A DNA stretch of 64,000 nt from an uncultured delta proteobacterium. Its GTDB lineage: Bacteria; Myxococcota_A; Polyangia; Polyangiales; Polyangiaceae. The stretch is taken from the NCBI GenBank assembly GCA_963696385.1, contig CAVOKF010000008.1, positions 640,001 to 704,000 on the forward strand, read 5' to 3'. Shown here one piece after another: positions 31,297 through 43,593 of the stretch. Position numbers and translations under genes: made by a program. Within the stretch, counting starts at the first letter, position 1, and every line of letters starts with the position of its first letter. The notes under the pieces were generated by a model, which searched no databases, was not told where the DNA came from, and saw nothing but the letters and a program-made list of their open reading frames with translations.

Positions 31297-32352
31297 TCAG
31301 CCGTCGCGATAGCGATCGCGGATCGCGATGCACGCGGGCAACGCTTCGAGCAAAGCCTCGACGCAGGCGGGCTCGAAGTGGTGTCCGTTCTCGGACTTCA
31401 CCTTGGCGACCGTCTCGTCGATGGTCCAGGCCCGCTTGTAGGGCCGCACCGACAAGAGCGCGTCGAACACGTCGGCCACGGCGACGACGCGCGCGACTCG
31501 TGGAATGCTTTCGCCCCGCAGGCCGGCCGGGTAGCCTCGGCCGTCCCAGCGCTCGTGATGGCCGAGGGCCACGACCCGCGCGGTCTGCATGACGTCGGAC
31601 GGATGATCGCCGATGATCTCCGCGCCAATCGCGGAGTGGGTCTTCATCGTCTCCCACTCGGCCGCGTCGAGCGGACCGGGCTTGAGCAGGATTCGGTCCG
31701 GGATCCCGATCTTGCCGACGTCGTGCATGGGGGCGGCCTGCAGGATGACTTCGGCCTGCTCTTCGCTCATGCCGACCCGCAGAGCGATGAGGCGGGCAAT
31801 CTGACTCATGCGCACGACGTGCATGCCCGTCTCGTTGTCGCGGTATTCCGCGGCGCGCCCCAGCCGCCGGATGATCTCGAGCCGGGTCTGCAAAAGCTCC
31901 GCGGTGCGCTCCCGGACCAAGCCTTCGAGGGCGAGACTCTGGTGATGGAGCGCGATGTGGGTTCGGACCCGCGATCGCACGAGCGACGGGACGTAAGGCT
32001 TGGTGATGTAATCGACCGCGCCGAGGTCGAGTCCCCGAGCCTCGCTGCCCGCGTCCGACAGTGTCGTGACGAAGATGACCGGGATCTTGGCGGTGGCCGG
32101 GTTGGCCTTCAGCCGCCGGCAGACTTCGTGGCCATCCATCTCGGGCATCATGACGTCGAGCAAGATCAAGTCCGGAGGCGAGGCCTGCGCGAGCTCGAGC
32201 CCGACCGCTCCGCGAATCGCCGCCCGCACCTGGTAGTCGGCGCCGAGCACGCCGCGAAGGACATCGATGCTCTCCGGCGCGTCGTCGATGATGAGCACGA
32301 CCGGGCCCGGATCGTCGGTCGGCGTCAGGATGGCTTTGCCGGAGGGCATCAT
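31297..32352 (-). CDS. REC + HD-GYP response regulator (cyclic di-GMP phosphodiesterase, RpfG-like)
   Basis: REC domain LIIDD..ILLDVMMP; MHDVGKIGIPD and HHERWDGRGYP motifs. Confidence 0.93.
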   Translation of the reverse strand: MMPSGKAILTPTDDPGPVVLIIDDAPESIDVLRGVLGADYQVRAAIRGAVGLELAQASPPDLILLDVMMPEMDGHEVCRRLKANPATAKIPVIFVTTLSDAGSEARGLDLGAVDYITKPYVPSLVRSRVRTHIALHHQSLALEGLVRERTAELLQTRLEIIRRLGRAAEYRDNETGMHVVRMSQIARLIALRVGMSEEQAEVILQAAPMHDVGKIGIPDRILLKPGPLDAAEWETMKTHSAIGAEIIGDHPSDVMQTARVVALGHHERWDGRGYPAGLRGESIPRVARVVAVADVFDALLSVRPYKRAWTIDETVAKVKSENGHHFEPACVEALLEALPACIAIRDRYRDG

Positions 32353-32356
32353 GAGT

Positions 32357-35300
32357 TCACCCGAGGGGAGCGGGGGGGACGGACGGGGGGATGTCGGAGT
32401 CGGTGCGCGGGGGAAACAGCGTGGCCACCGCGCGAAGTTCGCGCCCGGCCTGTTCGAAATCGTAGGCGTAGAGGCTCGTCTCGAGCCGCTGCATGGGCTC
32501 GATCGCGCTCGACCGATCCGCCAGCGCGTCGCGCAGCGTCTCCAGGCATTCGATCGCGGCGGTGTCGTGCGCAGAAAGCAGCTTGTCGAGCCGCTCGACG
32601 ATGCCGGCGACGTGCCGCGAGCTCTCGCGCTCGGGAGCCGGTCGCTCCGCAACGGGCGTCTCGAGGACACTCGCCACCGACGCCACGATCGCCGCATGCG
32701 CGAGATCGAACTGCGCGAGGGCATCCGCCCACGGACCGGCGACCGAGTCCGCGAGCGACGCGGCTGCCATGGGCCGCCGCAGCTCCACGTCGAGCGTCTG
32801 GGCGGCGCGGTAGAGCCGGATCGCCCCGATGTTGGCCGCCGCCGCAGCGAGAGTGTGCGCGAGCATCGCGGCGGCGCGGACGTCGGCCCGATCGAGCGCG
32901 CCGCGTAGGTCGGCCGGGGTCGTCGCATGGTTGACGAGGAATCGATCGAGCAGCCTGCGGTACACGTCGGCGCGCCCGCCCAGACGCCCGAGAGCGAGCT
33001 CGATCTCGAGTTCGCCGTGGGGCGCGTGCAGGACCGGCGTCTCGCCGGGCGCCGTGCCCGAACCGTTGCGCCCGACCGCGCGGCGCGGCATCGGCGTGGT
33101 GCGCACCGGAGGCCTGTCGGAGTCGCGCGGATCGATCGCCAGGATGCAACCGGCGACGATGGCGAGCAGGCGGCGGGGATCGACCGGCACGGTGACGAAG
33201 TCGTTCATGCCGGCCGCGAAGCAGAGGTCGCGATCTTCGGCTCGGCCGCTCGCGGTCAGGCCGATGATCGGGACCTGGGCCGACCGGGGGAATGCCCGAA
33301 TCGTGCGCGTGGCGGCAAGCCCGTCGACATGAGGCATGTGCAGATCCATCAGGATCGCGTCGTAGCGGCCCTGGGCGACCGATTCGACCGCTTTTTGCCC
33401 ATCGACGGCGATGTCGACGACGGCCCCCGCACGCTCGAGCAGCAAGCGTACGACCTCGAGACTCACTTCGCTGTCCTGAGCCACCAGAATGCGACGCCCG
33501 TCGAGCCGCGCGTCGTCGGCGTCGTCGGCGTCGTCTTGCCCGGGCGGCTGGGAGTTCGCCGTGAGCCGCAGCGCGCGCCGCATGGCCGACAGGACACTCG
33601 CGCCGTGGAACGGCTTGGTGAGCGCGCCGGTCACGCCGTGGCGCCAGAGCCGGTCCACCGACAGGTACGCGGCGTGCACGGGACCCATGGCGACGAGCGC
33701 CGGAGGCGCGATGTCGGTCGTACGCCCGATGCGTTCGAGCAATTCGAGGCCGTTGCCGTCGGGCAGCCCGTAATCGGCCAGCACGACGTCGAACGGGGCA
33801 ATGAGCCGAGCGGCGTGCAGCTCGCGCATCGCATCGGCGGCCGTGCCCACGACCCATACGTCGAAGCGCAGCGCTTCGAGGCGCCGCTTGAGAGCGCGTG
33901 CCTGCGCTTCGTTGTCCTCGACGACCAGCACCCGTACGCCGGCCCCCTCGCCGGTCGGCGCGGCGGCCGCACCGTGGCCGAAATGGGCGACGAAGATGAA
34001 CGTGCTGCCGCGGCCCGGCGAGCTTTCGGCCCGAATGCTGCCGCCCATCATGTCGACCAGGCTCTTGGAGATCGCCAGCCCGAGGCCGGTGCCGCCGTAG
34101 CGCCGCGTCGTGGAGCTATCGGCCTGCGTAAACGGCCGGAACATACGGGCGAGCTCTTCGGGGGCCATGCCGATGCCCGTGTCCGACACCGAGAAGCGCA
34201 GCGTGCAGCCGGACGGCGCTTCCGAAGCCACGGGCTCGATCCGAAGCACGACATGGCCGCTCGGCGAGAACTTGATGGCGTTGCCCACGAGGTTGATGAG
34301 CACCTGGCCGAGCCGCAACGGGTCGCCGAGCAGCGTGGCGGGCGTGTCGGCGTCGACGTCGATGACCAACTCGATTCCCTTGTTCGCGGCCGACAGGCCG
34401 CAGGTGCCGATGAGCTGATCGAGCACCTCGTCGAGATCGAACTTCACGGCCTCCAAGTCGAGCTTTCTCGCCTCGATCTTCGAGAAGTCGAGAATGTCGT
34501 CCACGATGGCGAGCAGCGCTCGCGACGCGTTTCGCGCGCGCTTGAGGTGGTTGCGCTGGTCGCGGTCGAGTTGGGTGCGCAAGCACAGGTCGAGGTGACC
34601 GGTGACCGCGGTCAGAGGCGTACGCACTTCGTGCGACATCATCGCGACGAATTCGCTCTTGGCAACACTCGCCTTCTCGGCGAGTTCGCGCGCACCGCGC
34701 AGCTCTTCCGCGGTGAGCATCGAATAGATGGCGCTGCTCAGGTGACCGGCGACGCCTTCGAGCAGCCAGGCGTTTTCGAACTCCTGCGGGGCGTCGAAGA
34801 CGGCGTAGCCCAACGCGGCGTCGGCGAACACCAGGGGGAATACGAGCAAGTCGCGCACCCCGGCACGAGGCGCCGCGTGCGGCGGGAAAAGCTCGGTCGC
34901 CCGGAAGACGTGCGGCTCTTCGCCGCGCATCGACGGCGGGCTCGGCGGCATCGACGTCGGCAGCGTCCGCCAGATCTGCGCGTCGTTGTAGACCATCTCG
35001 GTCGTGGCGCGCGCCGTCGACGCGTAGTGCGCCACGACTTTGGCCATCTGCCGATCGGCTCCCGGCACGAACAGACACACGCAGCAGTACCGGACGCCGA
35101 GCCCCGACAGCCCCGCGTTGAGGACGTTGCCGAGCCCGCGCATGCTGCGCGAACACACGAGCGTGCTGCCGAGCACACGCATCGCATTCGCCTGCTGCAG
35201 AACGTGCATGCGGCTGAGGGCCTGGGTGCGGGCCGCCACCTCGTTGACCACGAGCTGGGCCCGGGCCATTCGCCGGCGATGCAAGTGGCCCTCCTCGGTG

Positions 35301-36481
35301 TTGGTCTCGGCAAACCGTTCGACCGCTTCGGCGAACGGCGCGACCACATCCTCCCAGCGCAGCGGATCGGCCCCTCGGTCGGCCAATCGCAGGATCGCTT
35401 GCTCGAACGCCATGAGGGCGGTCCGCTCGTGGGCGCCGAGCGGCGACAGAAGCGCCCGCATCAGCGCGTCGATCCCGCTCGCGTCGGGCCGGGGCCCCAG
35501 CATCTTTTCGAGGCGCGCGAGCGCCACCGGCTCGGCGTGATTGAGCGCCATCGCGAGCGTACTGGGCGGGTCGATCGGGGGCAGCGATCGAGCGCGCCGC
35601 ATGCGGCAGCCGCACGACGACCGGATGCGCGGCTCCGAGGCGAACACGGTTCGGTCGGGGATCGCCCGGCCGGCCAGCTGCTCGAGCAGCAACTCGACCG
35701 CTCGCTCGCCGAGTCGCTCGACCGGCTGGTAGACGGTGGTGAGCGGCGGACTGCAATTGCGCGCGAACTCGTCGTCGTCGAATCCGACGACCGCGACGTC
35801 GCCCGGCACGCGGATGCGGCGAAGCGCAAGCTCCTGCACGGCGCCCACCGCCATCTGGTCGTTGCCGCAGACGATCGCATCGATCGCCGCAGGGGAAATG
35901 CGCCGCTCGTCGAGCAGCAGTCGGACCGCGCTCGATCCGGACGGTTCCATGAAGTCGCCCGGCAGGATGAGCTCCTCGCTCACCGGCACGCCCAGCCGGT
36001 AGAGGACTTCCCGGAAGACCCGCTCTCGGCTCGAACTATCGGGGTTGCCGGTGTTGCCGCGGACGAACCCGATGCGCCGCAAGCCATGATCGGTCACCAG
36101 GTGCTCGACCACCGCGCGCAGTCCGTTGGAGGCATCGACGTCCAGGTGCGGGAAGCCTGGCAGCTCGCCGATGCTCACGACGGGAACACCGCTGCGCGTC
36201 GAGAAGGCGCGAACCGCGTCGGCTCCGATCGCCGTCGACAGGATGTTCGACACGACCACCAGCCCGTCGACGGCCGGGGCCGCGGCCAGACCGAAGAGAA
36301 ACGACCCGTCGAAGCTCGCCGTTTCGGAGCCCTCAATCCGCAGAAACCGTCCCTGAAATCCGATGACGTGAGCACCCCGCAGTCGGGCGCTCCGCATCGC
36401 TCCCGTAAAGAGGCGCACCTGGTAGCGCGCGAGCAGGGTGTCGACCAGAAGTCCTAAACGAATGGGTTCGTTCACGTGCAC
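32357..36481 (-). CDS. Hybrid histidine kinase: LacI-type sugar-binding domain, HisKA/HATPase, 2x REC, Hpt
   Basis: [64 protein letters not shown]; two REC domains; [13 protein letters not shown]. Confidence 0.92.
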   Translation of the reverse strand: MHVNEPIRLGLLVDTLLARYQVRLFTGAMRSARLRGAHVIGFQGRFLRIEGSETASFDGSFLFGLAAAPAVDGLVVVSNILSTAIGADAVRAFSTRSGVPVVSIGELPGFPHLDVDASNGLRAVVEHLVTDHGLRRIGFVRGNTGNPDSSSRERVFREVLYRLGVPVSEELILPGDFMEPSGSSAVRLLLDERRISPAAIDAIVCGNDQMAVGAVQELALRRIRVPGDVAVVGFDDDEFARNCSPPLTTVYQPVERLGERAVELLLEQLAGRAIPDRTVFASEPRIRSSCGCRMRRARSLPPIDPPSTLAMALNHAEPVALARLEKMLGPRPDASGIDALMRALLSPLGAHERTALMAFEQAILRLADRGADPLRWEDVVAPFAEAVERFAETNTEEGHLHRRRMARAQLVVNEVAARTQALSRMHVLQQANAMRVLGSTLVCSRSMRGLGNVLNAGLSGLGVRYCCVCLFVPGADRQMAKVVAHYASTARATTEMVYNDAQIWRTLPTSMPPSPPSMRGEEPHVFRATELFPPHAAPRAGVRDLLVFPLVFADAALGYAVFDAPQEFENAWLLEGVAGHLSSAIYSMLTAEELRGARELAEKASVAKSEFVAMMSHEVRTPLTAVTGHLDLCLRTQLDRDQRNHLKRARNASRALLAIVDDILDFSKIEARKLDLEAVKFDLDEVLDQLIGTCGLSAANKGIELVIDVDADTPATLLGDPLRLGQVLINLVGNAIKFSPSGHVVLRIEPVASEAPSGCTLRFSVSDTGIGMAPEELARMFRPFTQADSSTTRRYGGTGLGLAISKSLVDMMGGSIRAESSPGRGSTFIFVAHFGHGAAAAPTGEGAGVRVLVVEDNEAQARALKRRLEALRFDVWVVGTAADAMRELHAARLIAPFDVVLADYGLPDGNGLELLERIGRTTDIAPPALVAMGPVHAAYLSVDRLWRHGVTGALTKPFHGASVLSAMRRALRLTANSQPPGQDDADDADDARLDGRRILVAQDSEVSLEVVRLLLERAGAVVDIAVDGQKAVESVAQGRYDAILMDLHMPHVDGLAATRTIRAFPRSAQVPIIGLTASGRAEDRDLCFAAGMNDFVTVPVDPRRLLAIVAGCILAIDPRDSDRPPVRTTPMPRRAVGRNGSGTAPGETPVLHAPHGELEIELALGRLGGRADVYRRLLDRFLVNHATTPADLRGALDRADVRAAAMLAHTLAAAAANIGAIRLYRAAQTLDVELRRPMAAASLADSVAGPWADALAQFDLAHAAIVASVASVLETPVAERPAPERESSRHVAGIVERLDKLLSAHDTAAIECLETLRDALADRSSAIEPMQRLETSLYAYDFEQAGRELRAVATLFPPRTDSDIPPSVPPAPLG

Positions 36482-36591
36482 GCTCAGCGGGGACTGCCAG
36501 TGGGGACTCCAGCCCGCTCCGGATCCATACGGTCCGACGGGCTCGAAGATTTAGCGCCGGAGCGTAGGGGAGGGCGCAGGCGACATCCGCC

Positions 36592-38079
36592 CTAGATGTG
36601 GTGATGGCGGACCCGCGCCGGATGCCGAGTCTTGGCGGGCGGGTGCACCTTGGAGGGCGCGGGGTGCGCCGCGGTGACGGCCGCGCTGGCGGGATGACCG
36701 GCGTCGGAAACGGTCAGAGCGCTGACTTGGGCGTCCGGATCGTCTTCGCCGTCGTCGGACTCCGCGGACGACGACGGCTCGTCGAAGGTCGGCAGCGGCA
36801 CGTCCGGGATCGACGAGGCGACGGCAGAGGAGACGGCGCCGACGGCGGACGTGACGGCGCCGGCGGCCGACGTGACGCGGTGGGTGGCGCCGGCGATGTC
36901 GCCGCTCAGGCGAGGGACGCTCACGCGACCCGTACCGATCGCCACGCCGATGGCGCCGATGACACCCAGAACGACCAGCAGGACCGCGGCGCCTCCCGCC
37001 CCGCGGACGCGCCGATCCTTGCCCCAGGCCGCGGCCGTCCGGGTGGACTCGGCGGTCGCCAGAGGCAGCACCGGCAGAGAGATCTTGGCGGAGACCGGAT
37101 CGGCGCGCGACCGGGGCGATCCCACGACGGCTTCGAGCCGTTCGAGCGACGGCTTGGCGCGATCGGGAGCGAAGCGCGCCAGAACGTGGGCCAGATCCAC
37201 GAGCGAGATCCGTTTGGCCGCGTTCTTCTCGAGGCACCCCTGGACCGCTCGATCGAGATCCCGGGGCACGCCCTCGCGGTAGATCGACAGCGGACGGGGA
37301 TCCTCCGACGCGATCATGGCGCAGACCTGGGGAACGCTCTCGGCTCGGAAGGCGGGCTTGCCCGCGATCGCCTCGTACAAGACGGTGCCGAGCGACCAGA
37401 TGTCGGCCCGCGAGTCGACTTCCTTGGTCGACTTCAGCTGCTCGGGCGACATGTACGACGGCGAGCCCATGATCATGGTGGTCGACGTGAGAGCCGGGTC
37501 GACCCCGCCCTCGTCGGGGCCGAGGGTGAGCTTTGAAATTCCGAAATCGAGAAGCTTGACCGACGGCGCGCCGTCGGCCCGCCGCGTGATGAACAGATTC
37601 GATGGTTTGAGGTCGCGGTGAACGATGCCCGCGGCGTGGACTTCGCTCAACGCCTCGCAGGCTTGAAGGGTGATTTCGCAAGCCTCGTCGATGGGCAACG
37701 CGCCGGCTTCGGCGATGAGGTCGCCGAGATCGGATCCGACGAGGTACTCCATCACGATGTAGGGCACCCCGCCCTCGAGGGTCCCGACGTCGTGGACGCG
37801 AGCCACGTGGTCGTTGCGAATTTTGGCCGCCACGCGCGCCTCGCGAAGAAAGCGCTCGACGGCGATCTTGCTGCGCAGCGCTTCCGGCAAGAGAAACTTG
37901 ATGGCCACCGGTTGATCGAGGGCCATATGGGTCGCGAGCACGACGACGCCCATGCCGCCTTCGCCGAGTACGCGCTCGATACGGTACTTGTCGGCGACGA
38001 CGGCACCGGCGACGGGCTCGAAGCGACCCGCCGCCTCGGGCGGCGGCCCGATGCCCTCTCGCTTGGTCAGCGGCTGCAC
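36592..38079 (-). CDS. Membrane-anchored Ser/Thr protein kinase
   Basis: LGEGGMG, VAIK, HRDLKPSN, DFG and SPE motifs; one TM segment. Confidence 0.95.
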   Translation of the reverse strand: MQPLTKREGIGPPPEAAGRFEPVAGAVVADKYRIERVLGEGGMGVVVLATHMALDQPVAIKFLLPEALRSKIAVERFLREARVAAKIRNDHVARVHDVGTLEGGVPYIVMEYLVGSDLGDLIAEAGALPIDEACEITLQACEALSEVHAAGIVHRDLKPSNLFITRRADGAPSVKLLDFGISKLTLGPDEGGVDPALTSTTMIMGSPSYMSPEQLKSTKEVDSRADIWSLGTVLYEAIAGKPAFRAESVPQVCAMIASEDPRPLSIYREGVPRDLDRAVQGCLEKNAAKRISLVDLAHVLARFAPDRAKPSLERLEAVVGSPRSRADPVSAKISLPVLPLATAESTRTAAAWGKDRRVRGAGGAAVLLVVLGVIGAIGVAIGTGRVSVPRLSGDIAGATHRVTSAAGAVTSAVGAVSSAVASSIPDVPLPTFDEPSSSAESDDGEDDPDAQVSALTVSDAGHPASAAVTAAHPAPSKVHPPAKTRHPARVRHHHI

Positions 38080-38126
38080 GCCGTTACGTTAACACGTCGC
38101 GTCGCCGTCCCGGCCCCGGCGACGAC

Positions 38127-40124
38127 TCACGTCTCCTCGTCGGCCCGAAGCTTGGCCAGCACACTCAGGTCTTCGAGCGTCGACGTGTCGCCTTTTGGAT
38201 CACCGCCTGCCGCGATCTCCTTCAGCAGCCGACGCATGATTTTGCCGCTGCGGGTCTTGGGCAGCGAGTCGGCGAACCGGATCGTATCGGGGCGGGCAAA
38301 GCGCCCGATTTCCTTGTCGACGTGGGCCTCGAGCGCGGCCCGCAGATCGCGACCCACGGCTCGGCCGGCCTTGACGGTCACGAAGACGACGAGCGCCTGA
38401 CCTTTGATGTCATCGGGCCGGCCCACGGCCGCGGCCTCGGCGACGGCGGGGTGACTGACGAGCGCGCTTTCAATCTCCGCGGTGCCAATCCGATGTCCGG
38501 CCACGTTGAGGACGTCGTCGATTCGACCGACGACCCAGAAGTAGCCGTCCTCGTCGCGCCGCGCTCCGTCGCCGGTGAAGTACACGCCGGCAATGACGTC
38601 CCAGTACGTTTTGAAGTAGCGCGCGTCGTCGCCCCAGAGTGTCCGAGCCATCGACGGCCACGGCGCGCGGATGACGAGTTTGCCGCCTTCGAGCGCCGTG
38701 CAGGGTTCGCCGTGATCTTTGACGACGGCGATGTCGACGCCGAAAAACGGCACTCCCGTGCTGCCCGGCTTGGAGTACATCGCGCCCGGCAGGGTGGTCA
38801 GCATGATGGCGCCGGTCTCGGTCTGCCACCACGTGTCGACCACAGGGCAGCGCTGCCCTCCGACGACACGGTGGTACCAGGTCCAGGCCTCGGGGTTGAT
38901 GGGCTCTCCCACGCTGCCCAAAAGGCGCAAACTCGACAGGTCCGACTGGTTGGGCCACGCGTCGCCGGCCCGGATGAAGCTGCGGATGGCGGTCGGCGCC
39001 GTGTAGAGAATCGACACGCCGTGACGCTCGATCATCTGCCAGAGACGCCCCCAATCGGGGAAATTGGGCGCCCCCTCGTAGACCAGACACGTCGCGCCGC
39101 AGGACAGAGGCCCGTACACGATGTAGCTGTGTCCGGTCACCCAGCCGATGTCGGCGGTGCAAAAGTAGACGTCCTCGTCTCGCAGATCGAAGACGTACTT
39201 GGCCGTCAGATGGACCGCCGCGAGATAGCCGGCGCTCGTGTGGAGGACCCCTTTCGGCTTGCCCGTCGAACCGGAGGTGTAAAGGATGAAGAGCGGGTGC
39301 TCCGCGTCGAAGGCTTCGGGCCTTGCGGCGCGTTCGATCGACCCGGCGCTCGGTCGACCGCCGACCCGATCGTGCCACCATTCGTCGCGCCCGGGCTTCA
39401 TGGCGACCGGCTTTCCGGCGCGCCGGACGACCAAGACGTGGCGGACGCCCGGGGTCTCCTCGAGCGCGGCGTCGGCCATGTCTTTGAGCGGGATGACGTT
39501 GCCGCGCCGCCAGGCGCCGTCTTGGGTGATGAGAACCTGGGCGCCGCAGTCGTTGATCCGGTCGCGGAGCGCCTCGGCGCTGAACCCTCCGAAGACGACC
39601 GAATGGGTCGCGCCGATCCGAGCGCACGCCAGGATGGCCACGATCGCTTCGGGCACCATGCCCATGTAGATCGCCACCCGATCGGCCGGACGCACGCCGA
39701 GATCGAGCAGGGCCGCGGCGGCTTGGACCACCGCGCGATGAAGCTCGAAGTAGGTCATCGTCCGCACATCGCCCGGCTCGCCCTCCCAGACGATCGCGGC
39801 CTTGTTCTTGCGCCACGTGGCGATGTGCCGGTCGAGGCAACTCTCGGAGACGTTCAGCTTCGCGCCGACGAAGAACTTCGCATGCGCCGATCCGGCGACC
39901 GACGGCGTGCTCGGCTGCAGGTGCCACTCGGAAAACGCCGTCCACGGCTCTCGCCACACGAGGTCGGATGTTTGCTCGCGCCAAAACACCTCGGGCTCTT
40001 CGATCGATTGCCGGTGCATCGCGGCATAGACATGATGCGACGAGATGCGGGCCCGCGCGGCGAAGGCGGGACTCGGGTGAAATCGGCGTTCTTCTTTGAG
40101 GCGCGACTCGATGCGGTCCGACAT
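38127..40124 (-). CDS. acs: Acetyl-CoA synthetase
   Basis: [20 protein letters not shown] and [11 protein letters not shown] motifs; start at MSDRIES. Confidence 0.96.
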   Translation of the reverse strand: MSDRIESRLKEERRFHPSPAFAARARISSHHVYAAMHRQSIEEPEVFWREQTSDLVWREPWTAFSEWHLQPSTPSVAGSAHAKFFVGAKLNVSESCLDRHIATWRKNKAAIVWEGEPGDVRTMTYFELHRAVVQAAAALLDLGVRPADRVAIYMGMVPEAIVAILACARIGATHSVVFGGFSAEALRDRINDCGAQVLITQDGAWRRGNVIPLKDMADAALEETPGVRHVLVVRRAGKPVAMKPGRDEWWHDRVGGRPSAGSIERAARPEAFDAEHPLFILYTSGSTGKPKGVLHTSAGYLAAVHLTAKYVFDLRDEDVYFCTADIGWVTGHSYIVYGPLSCGATCLVYEGAPNFPDWGRLWQMIERHGVSILYTAPTAIRSFIRAGDAWPNQSDLSSLRLLGSVGEPINPEAWTWYHRVVGGQRCPVVDTWWQTETGAIMLTTLPGAMYSKPGSTGVPFFGVDIAVVKDHGEPCTALEGGKLVIRAPWPSMARTLWGDDARYFKTYWDVIAGVYFTGDGARRDEDGYFWVVGRIDDVLNVAGHRIGTAEIESALVSHPAVAEAAAVGRPDDIKGQALVVFVTVKAGRAVGRDLRAALEAHVDKEIGRFARPDTIRFADSLPKTRSGKIMRRLLKEIAAGGDPKGDTSTLEDLSVLAKLRADEET

Positions 40125-40276
40125 GGCGGTGATGGTGTGCGCTGCCTGCAAGGTATGCAAGTGTTGCGAAGCGCGGACCTTCTTGCAGCCCCGCGGCGCG
40201 GCGTCGATGCACGCGAGCGCGGCGATTCCGTGCCGCATCCCGTCGCTCGGGTTCGAACGCGAGAAAATTTGCCTCA

Positions 40277-40292
40277 CGGCACGGCCATTGCT
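40277..40292 (+). promoter_or_regulatory. Putative sigma54 (-24/-12) promoter
   Basis: cGGCACggccaTTGCt with correct spacing, ~130 bp upstream of the large lipoprotein gene. Confidence 0.5.
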
Positions 40293-40422
40293 CAATTTGT
40301 CGGCCAGTCCACCGCATGGCCCCCCACGACTCGGAGCGACGCGCATCCACCGCCGGGTGGCGGTGTACACCCGCCGAGACCGCCGGCCGTCCATGGACGG
40401 ATGACCGTCGATGGCCGCTGAC

Positions 40423-43400
40423 ATGAAGCCGAGGGGGATACATCGGCCGCGGCCGAAGCACGCGGCGGCCGCGGGGCTTTTCGGGGGGGTGTGGCTGAGC
40501 CTTGTCGGCTGGGCCGCATCCGGCTGCGGCACCAACGCGACGTCGCCGTTGGACGAAGTCGGTCCGGCCGTCAGCACGCAGCACGAGACGGACGCCTCCG
40601 ACATGTGCCTTTCGCCCGCCGAAGGCTGCGCGTGCACGACGGCCGGCGCGACCGCCCCTTGCGGCAGCGTCACGAACCGGTCGGGCGCCTACGTGACCTG
40701 CTCGATGGGCACCCGGACCTGCTCGGACGGCCTCTGGGGATCGTGCGTCGGCGCGTACATGACCTCGAGATTCATTCCGACCCGCTCCGACATTCGCGTA
40801 GCGAGTCCCATCCCCGCCGTCGCCTGCTCCGGGGATCCGTGCGACCCGACGTGCACGACGTTCGTCGAGACTCCGACGACCATCGATGCCGGCGCCGACT
40901 CGGGCCTGACGATCACCGACGCGGCCGTCACGCTGACCGGCGTTCCGGCGAGCCTGACGGCGTGCAATCAGCTGCAGATCACCCCGAGCACCGACCCCGC
41001 CAAAGATCTGACCGTCACGACGATGGCGCCGAGCCCCAACACCGTGTCGTACACGGCGGCGCTGCTGCCGTCGGGCTGTTATCCGGGAACGCTGTCGGCC
41101 CTGTGGGCCGTCGACAAATACAATCTGGCCGAGATCACCTCGGGTGTGCTCACCCTCGCCGTTCCCATCGCGGGACCCATCACGGTGAGCGCGTACGCGG
41201 GCACGCTGCAAGCCGCCGTCGTCTGCAACGTCACGGTCAACGTCGTCGACACGAGTGCCGCTCCGAGCGGGTACTCGAACACCCAGTTTCCGACCACGAC
41301 GGGCGCCGCCGACAACATCACGATCGTGTACCCCTACGCGGCCACGGTCTTTCCGCTCGGCCTGCCGCCTCCGCTCATCCAGTGGACCAACAACAACAGT
41401 CCGGCGACGACGGCGAGTGCCGTCAAGGTCACCTTGAGCTTTCCGACGACGGGCACGCCGATCTTCAGCTGGTCGGAAATCGTCCCCGAGCTCCAGACCG
41501 CTCCCACGCCGACGCTGGCGGGGCAACCGCGCGCGACGATTCCCCAAAGCGTGTGGAATGCGTTTCAGCAGACCGTCGTCGGCAACAGCGGCACGACCGG
41601 GGGCGACGCGAACTTCGCCATCCAGCGCTACGTAAGCGGCACGCTCCACGGCCAGGTGTCGAGGACCATTCACTTCGCCAACGGCCAGCTCAAGGGCAAT
41701 ATCTTTTACAACTCCTACGGCACCAACCTGGTCCAAAACTTCGGCTCCACCCCCCTCGGGGCGGCGTTCGGAGCCGCCACCCTCGAAGTGCCCGTCAACG
41801 GCACCACGCCCGAAGTGGTCGTCGGCTACACCGACCCGACGCTGTCGGGGGCGGGGTGCCGCGTTTGCCACAGCGCGGCCTCCGGCGGCACCAACCTCCT
41901 GTCGAACTCGTATCTCGAATACGGCACGAGCGGAGGCGGCACCGAGTCGACTTCGTTTCTCTACAATCCGCAGCTCGCGACCCCCGCGCTCATTCAAGGA
42001 TCGCAAACGCTCATCGGAGCGTACGGCGGCGACCTCTTCACGTACGCGGCGCTCGCGCCCAACGGCACCTACCTGTTCACGAGCGCGGCGCCGCTAGGCG
42101 GACTGGTCGTCGCCAACCCGCCCGGACAAGCGAGCGCGCTGTACAGTCTGAGCGGCACGGTGATCGGCAGCAACGTGCCGAGCACGCTCGGGGGGGCGAC
42201 GCCCGCGTTCTCGACCGATGCCGCGCACGTCGCGTTCACCTTTTACTCCGGAAGTGCGACTCCGCTCGCCAACCTCACCGCGGACGGCCGGTCGATCGCG
42301 ATGATGGACTTCGCGGCTCCGTCGACCTTCTCCAACTTTCAAGTGCTCTACACCCCTCCCCTCACCACCGCGAGCTATTCGGATTGGCCCGCGTTCTTGC
42401 CCGCCGGCCAAAACGGCATCGTGTTCGGCAACGAGATCACGACCAACGGACGCGACTGGGCCGGCACGCGGTCGACGTGCGACAGCTCCGGTTCGTGCAA
42501 CAACATCGGCGCCACGTCGAATCTGTGGTGGGTGAGCACGGTGAAGACAGGGACGCCGTCGGCGTTCCAGGCCTCGCCGCTCACCAACTTGAACGGCGGA
42601 ACGTATCTGCCGACCCTTGCGGGTGGCGCCAACTACCACGGAACTCAGGCGCAGAACGGCACGTACTACGAACAAGTCTACAACTACGAGCCGACTGTGC
42701 TGCCCGTCACGATCGGCGGCTATTCGTGGGTCGCGTTCACGTCGCGGCGGCTGTACGGCAACGTGGCGACGATCGACCCGTACTGGAGCGATCCGCGCTA
42801 CCAGGACCTCAGTGTGCAGCCGACGACGAAGAAAATTTGGATCGCGGCCATCTCGCCGAGTCCGACGCCCGGCACGGATCCGAGCTTTCCCGCGTTCTAC
42901 CTGCCCGGTCAGGAGCTTCTGGCGGGCAACTCGCGGGCGTACTTCTCGCTCGCCGCGTGCGAGCAGCCCGGGCCTCTGACATCAGCCAACCTCTGCACGA
43001 GCAACTTGGACTGCTGCGGGGCGACCACCACGCCGGCGACCGCCGTGTGCCAGCTCGACCCCCCTCCGCTCGCCAATCCGCCGACGTCGCACTGCGTGGC
43101 CGTGTCCACGGCCGCTTGCGTCGCCAATGGCGCGAACTGCACGACCGCCGCCCAGTGCTGCAATTTCGCGACGGGCGCCGTGTGTGCCAGCGGGACCTGC
43201 CAGCCGACGCCACCGGTCGACCTGTATTCGAGCGCGACGTTCTCGGCCACGTACACCGCAAGCTGTGCGACCGGGACGTATCCGTCCTGGGAGTTTCTGT
43301 ACTGGGAGAGCGTCACGCCGACCGGAACCTCGATCGTCTTCACGGCCGAGACGTCGACCGACGGAGTCCACTGGGGCGCGGCGGTCAACGTCGGAACGTC

Positions 43401-43593
43401 CGCGCCCCCGCCGACGGCCACGACGACGTGGACGTCCGGGTCGCAAACGGTCAACCAGGCGCTCGTCGCCAACGGGCAGACGTCGCAGGTGTACCTTCAG
43501 GTCTTCGCGACACTCAACCCGAGCTCCGACCACACGCAGACGCCGCAGCTGACGAACTGGCAAGTTCAATACGATTGCGTCGCCTCCGAATGA
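40423..43593 (+). CDS. Large Cys/Thr-rich lipoprotein with TolB/PD40-like propeller
   Basis: Lipobox ASGC; Cys-rich N- and C-terminal modules; [12 protein letters not shown] and [11 protein letters not shown] propeller-like motifs. Confidence 0.75.
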   Translation: MKPRGIHRPRPKHAAAAGLFGGVWLSLVGWAASGCGTNATSPLDEVGPAVSTQHETDASDMCLSPAEGCACTTAGATAPCGSVTNRSGAYVTCSMGTRTCSDGLWGSCVGAYMTSRFIPTRSDIRVASPIPAVACSGDPCDPTCTTFVETPTTIDAGADSGLTITDAAVTLTGVPASLTACNQLQITPSTDPAKDLTVTTMAPSPNTVSYTAALLPSGCYPGTLSALWAVDKYNLAEITSGVLTLAVPIAGPITVSAYAGTLQAAVVCNVTVNVVDTSAAPSGYSNTQFPTTTGAADNITIVYPYAATVFPLGLPPPLIQWTNNNSPATTASAVKVTLSFPTTGTPIFSWSEIVPELQTAPTPTLAGQPRATIPQSVWNAFQQTVVGNSGTTGGDANFAIQRYVSGTLHGQVSRTIHFANGQLKGNIFYNSYGTNLVQNFGSTPLGAAFGAATLEVPVNGTTPEVVVGYTDPTLSGAGCRVCHSAASGGTNLLSNSYLEYGTSGGGTESTSFLYNPQLATPALIQGSQTLIGAYGGDLFTYAALAPNGTYLFTSAAPLGGLVVANPPGQASALYSLSGTVIGSNVPSTLGGATPAFSTDAAHVAFTFYSGSATPLANLTADGRSIAMMDFAAPSTFSNFQVLYTPPLTTASYSDWPAFLPAGQNGIVFGNEITTNGRDWAGTRSTCDSSGSCNNIGATSNLWWVSTVKTGTPSAFQASPLTNLNGGTYLPTLAGGANYHGTQAQNGTYYEQVYNYEPTVLPVTIGGYSWVAFTSRRLYGNVATIDPYWSDPRYQDLSVQPTTKKIWIAAISPSPTPGTDPSFPAFYLPGQELLAGNSRAYFSLAACEQPGPLTSANLCTSNLDCCGATTTPATAVCQLDPPPLANPPTSHCVAVSTAACVANGANCTTAAQCCNFATGAVCASGTCQPTPPVDLYSSATFSATYTASCATGTYPSWEFLYWESVTPTGTSIVFTAETSTDGVHWGAAVNVGTSAPPPTATTTWTSGSQTVNQALVANGQTSQVYLQVFATLNPSSDHTQTPQLTNWQVQYDCVASE

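Noticed and set aside
32927..36457. Long antisense and alternate-frame ORFs (for example 32927..36457 +, 38470..42006 -, 49872..52199 +, 55158..57620 +)
   Set aside because: Shadow ORFs of recognisable genes, expected at high GC, with no family motifs.
40491..43589. 1454-aa ORF 40491..44855 as a single protein
   Set aside because: The first ~1030 codons are an Arg-rich shadow of the large lipoprotein. The real gene starts at ATG 43590 with a signal peptide.
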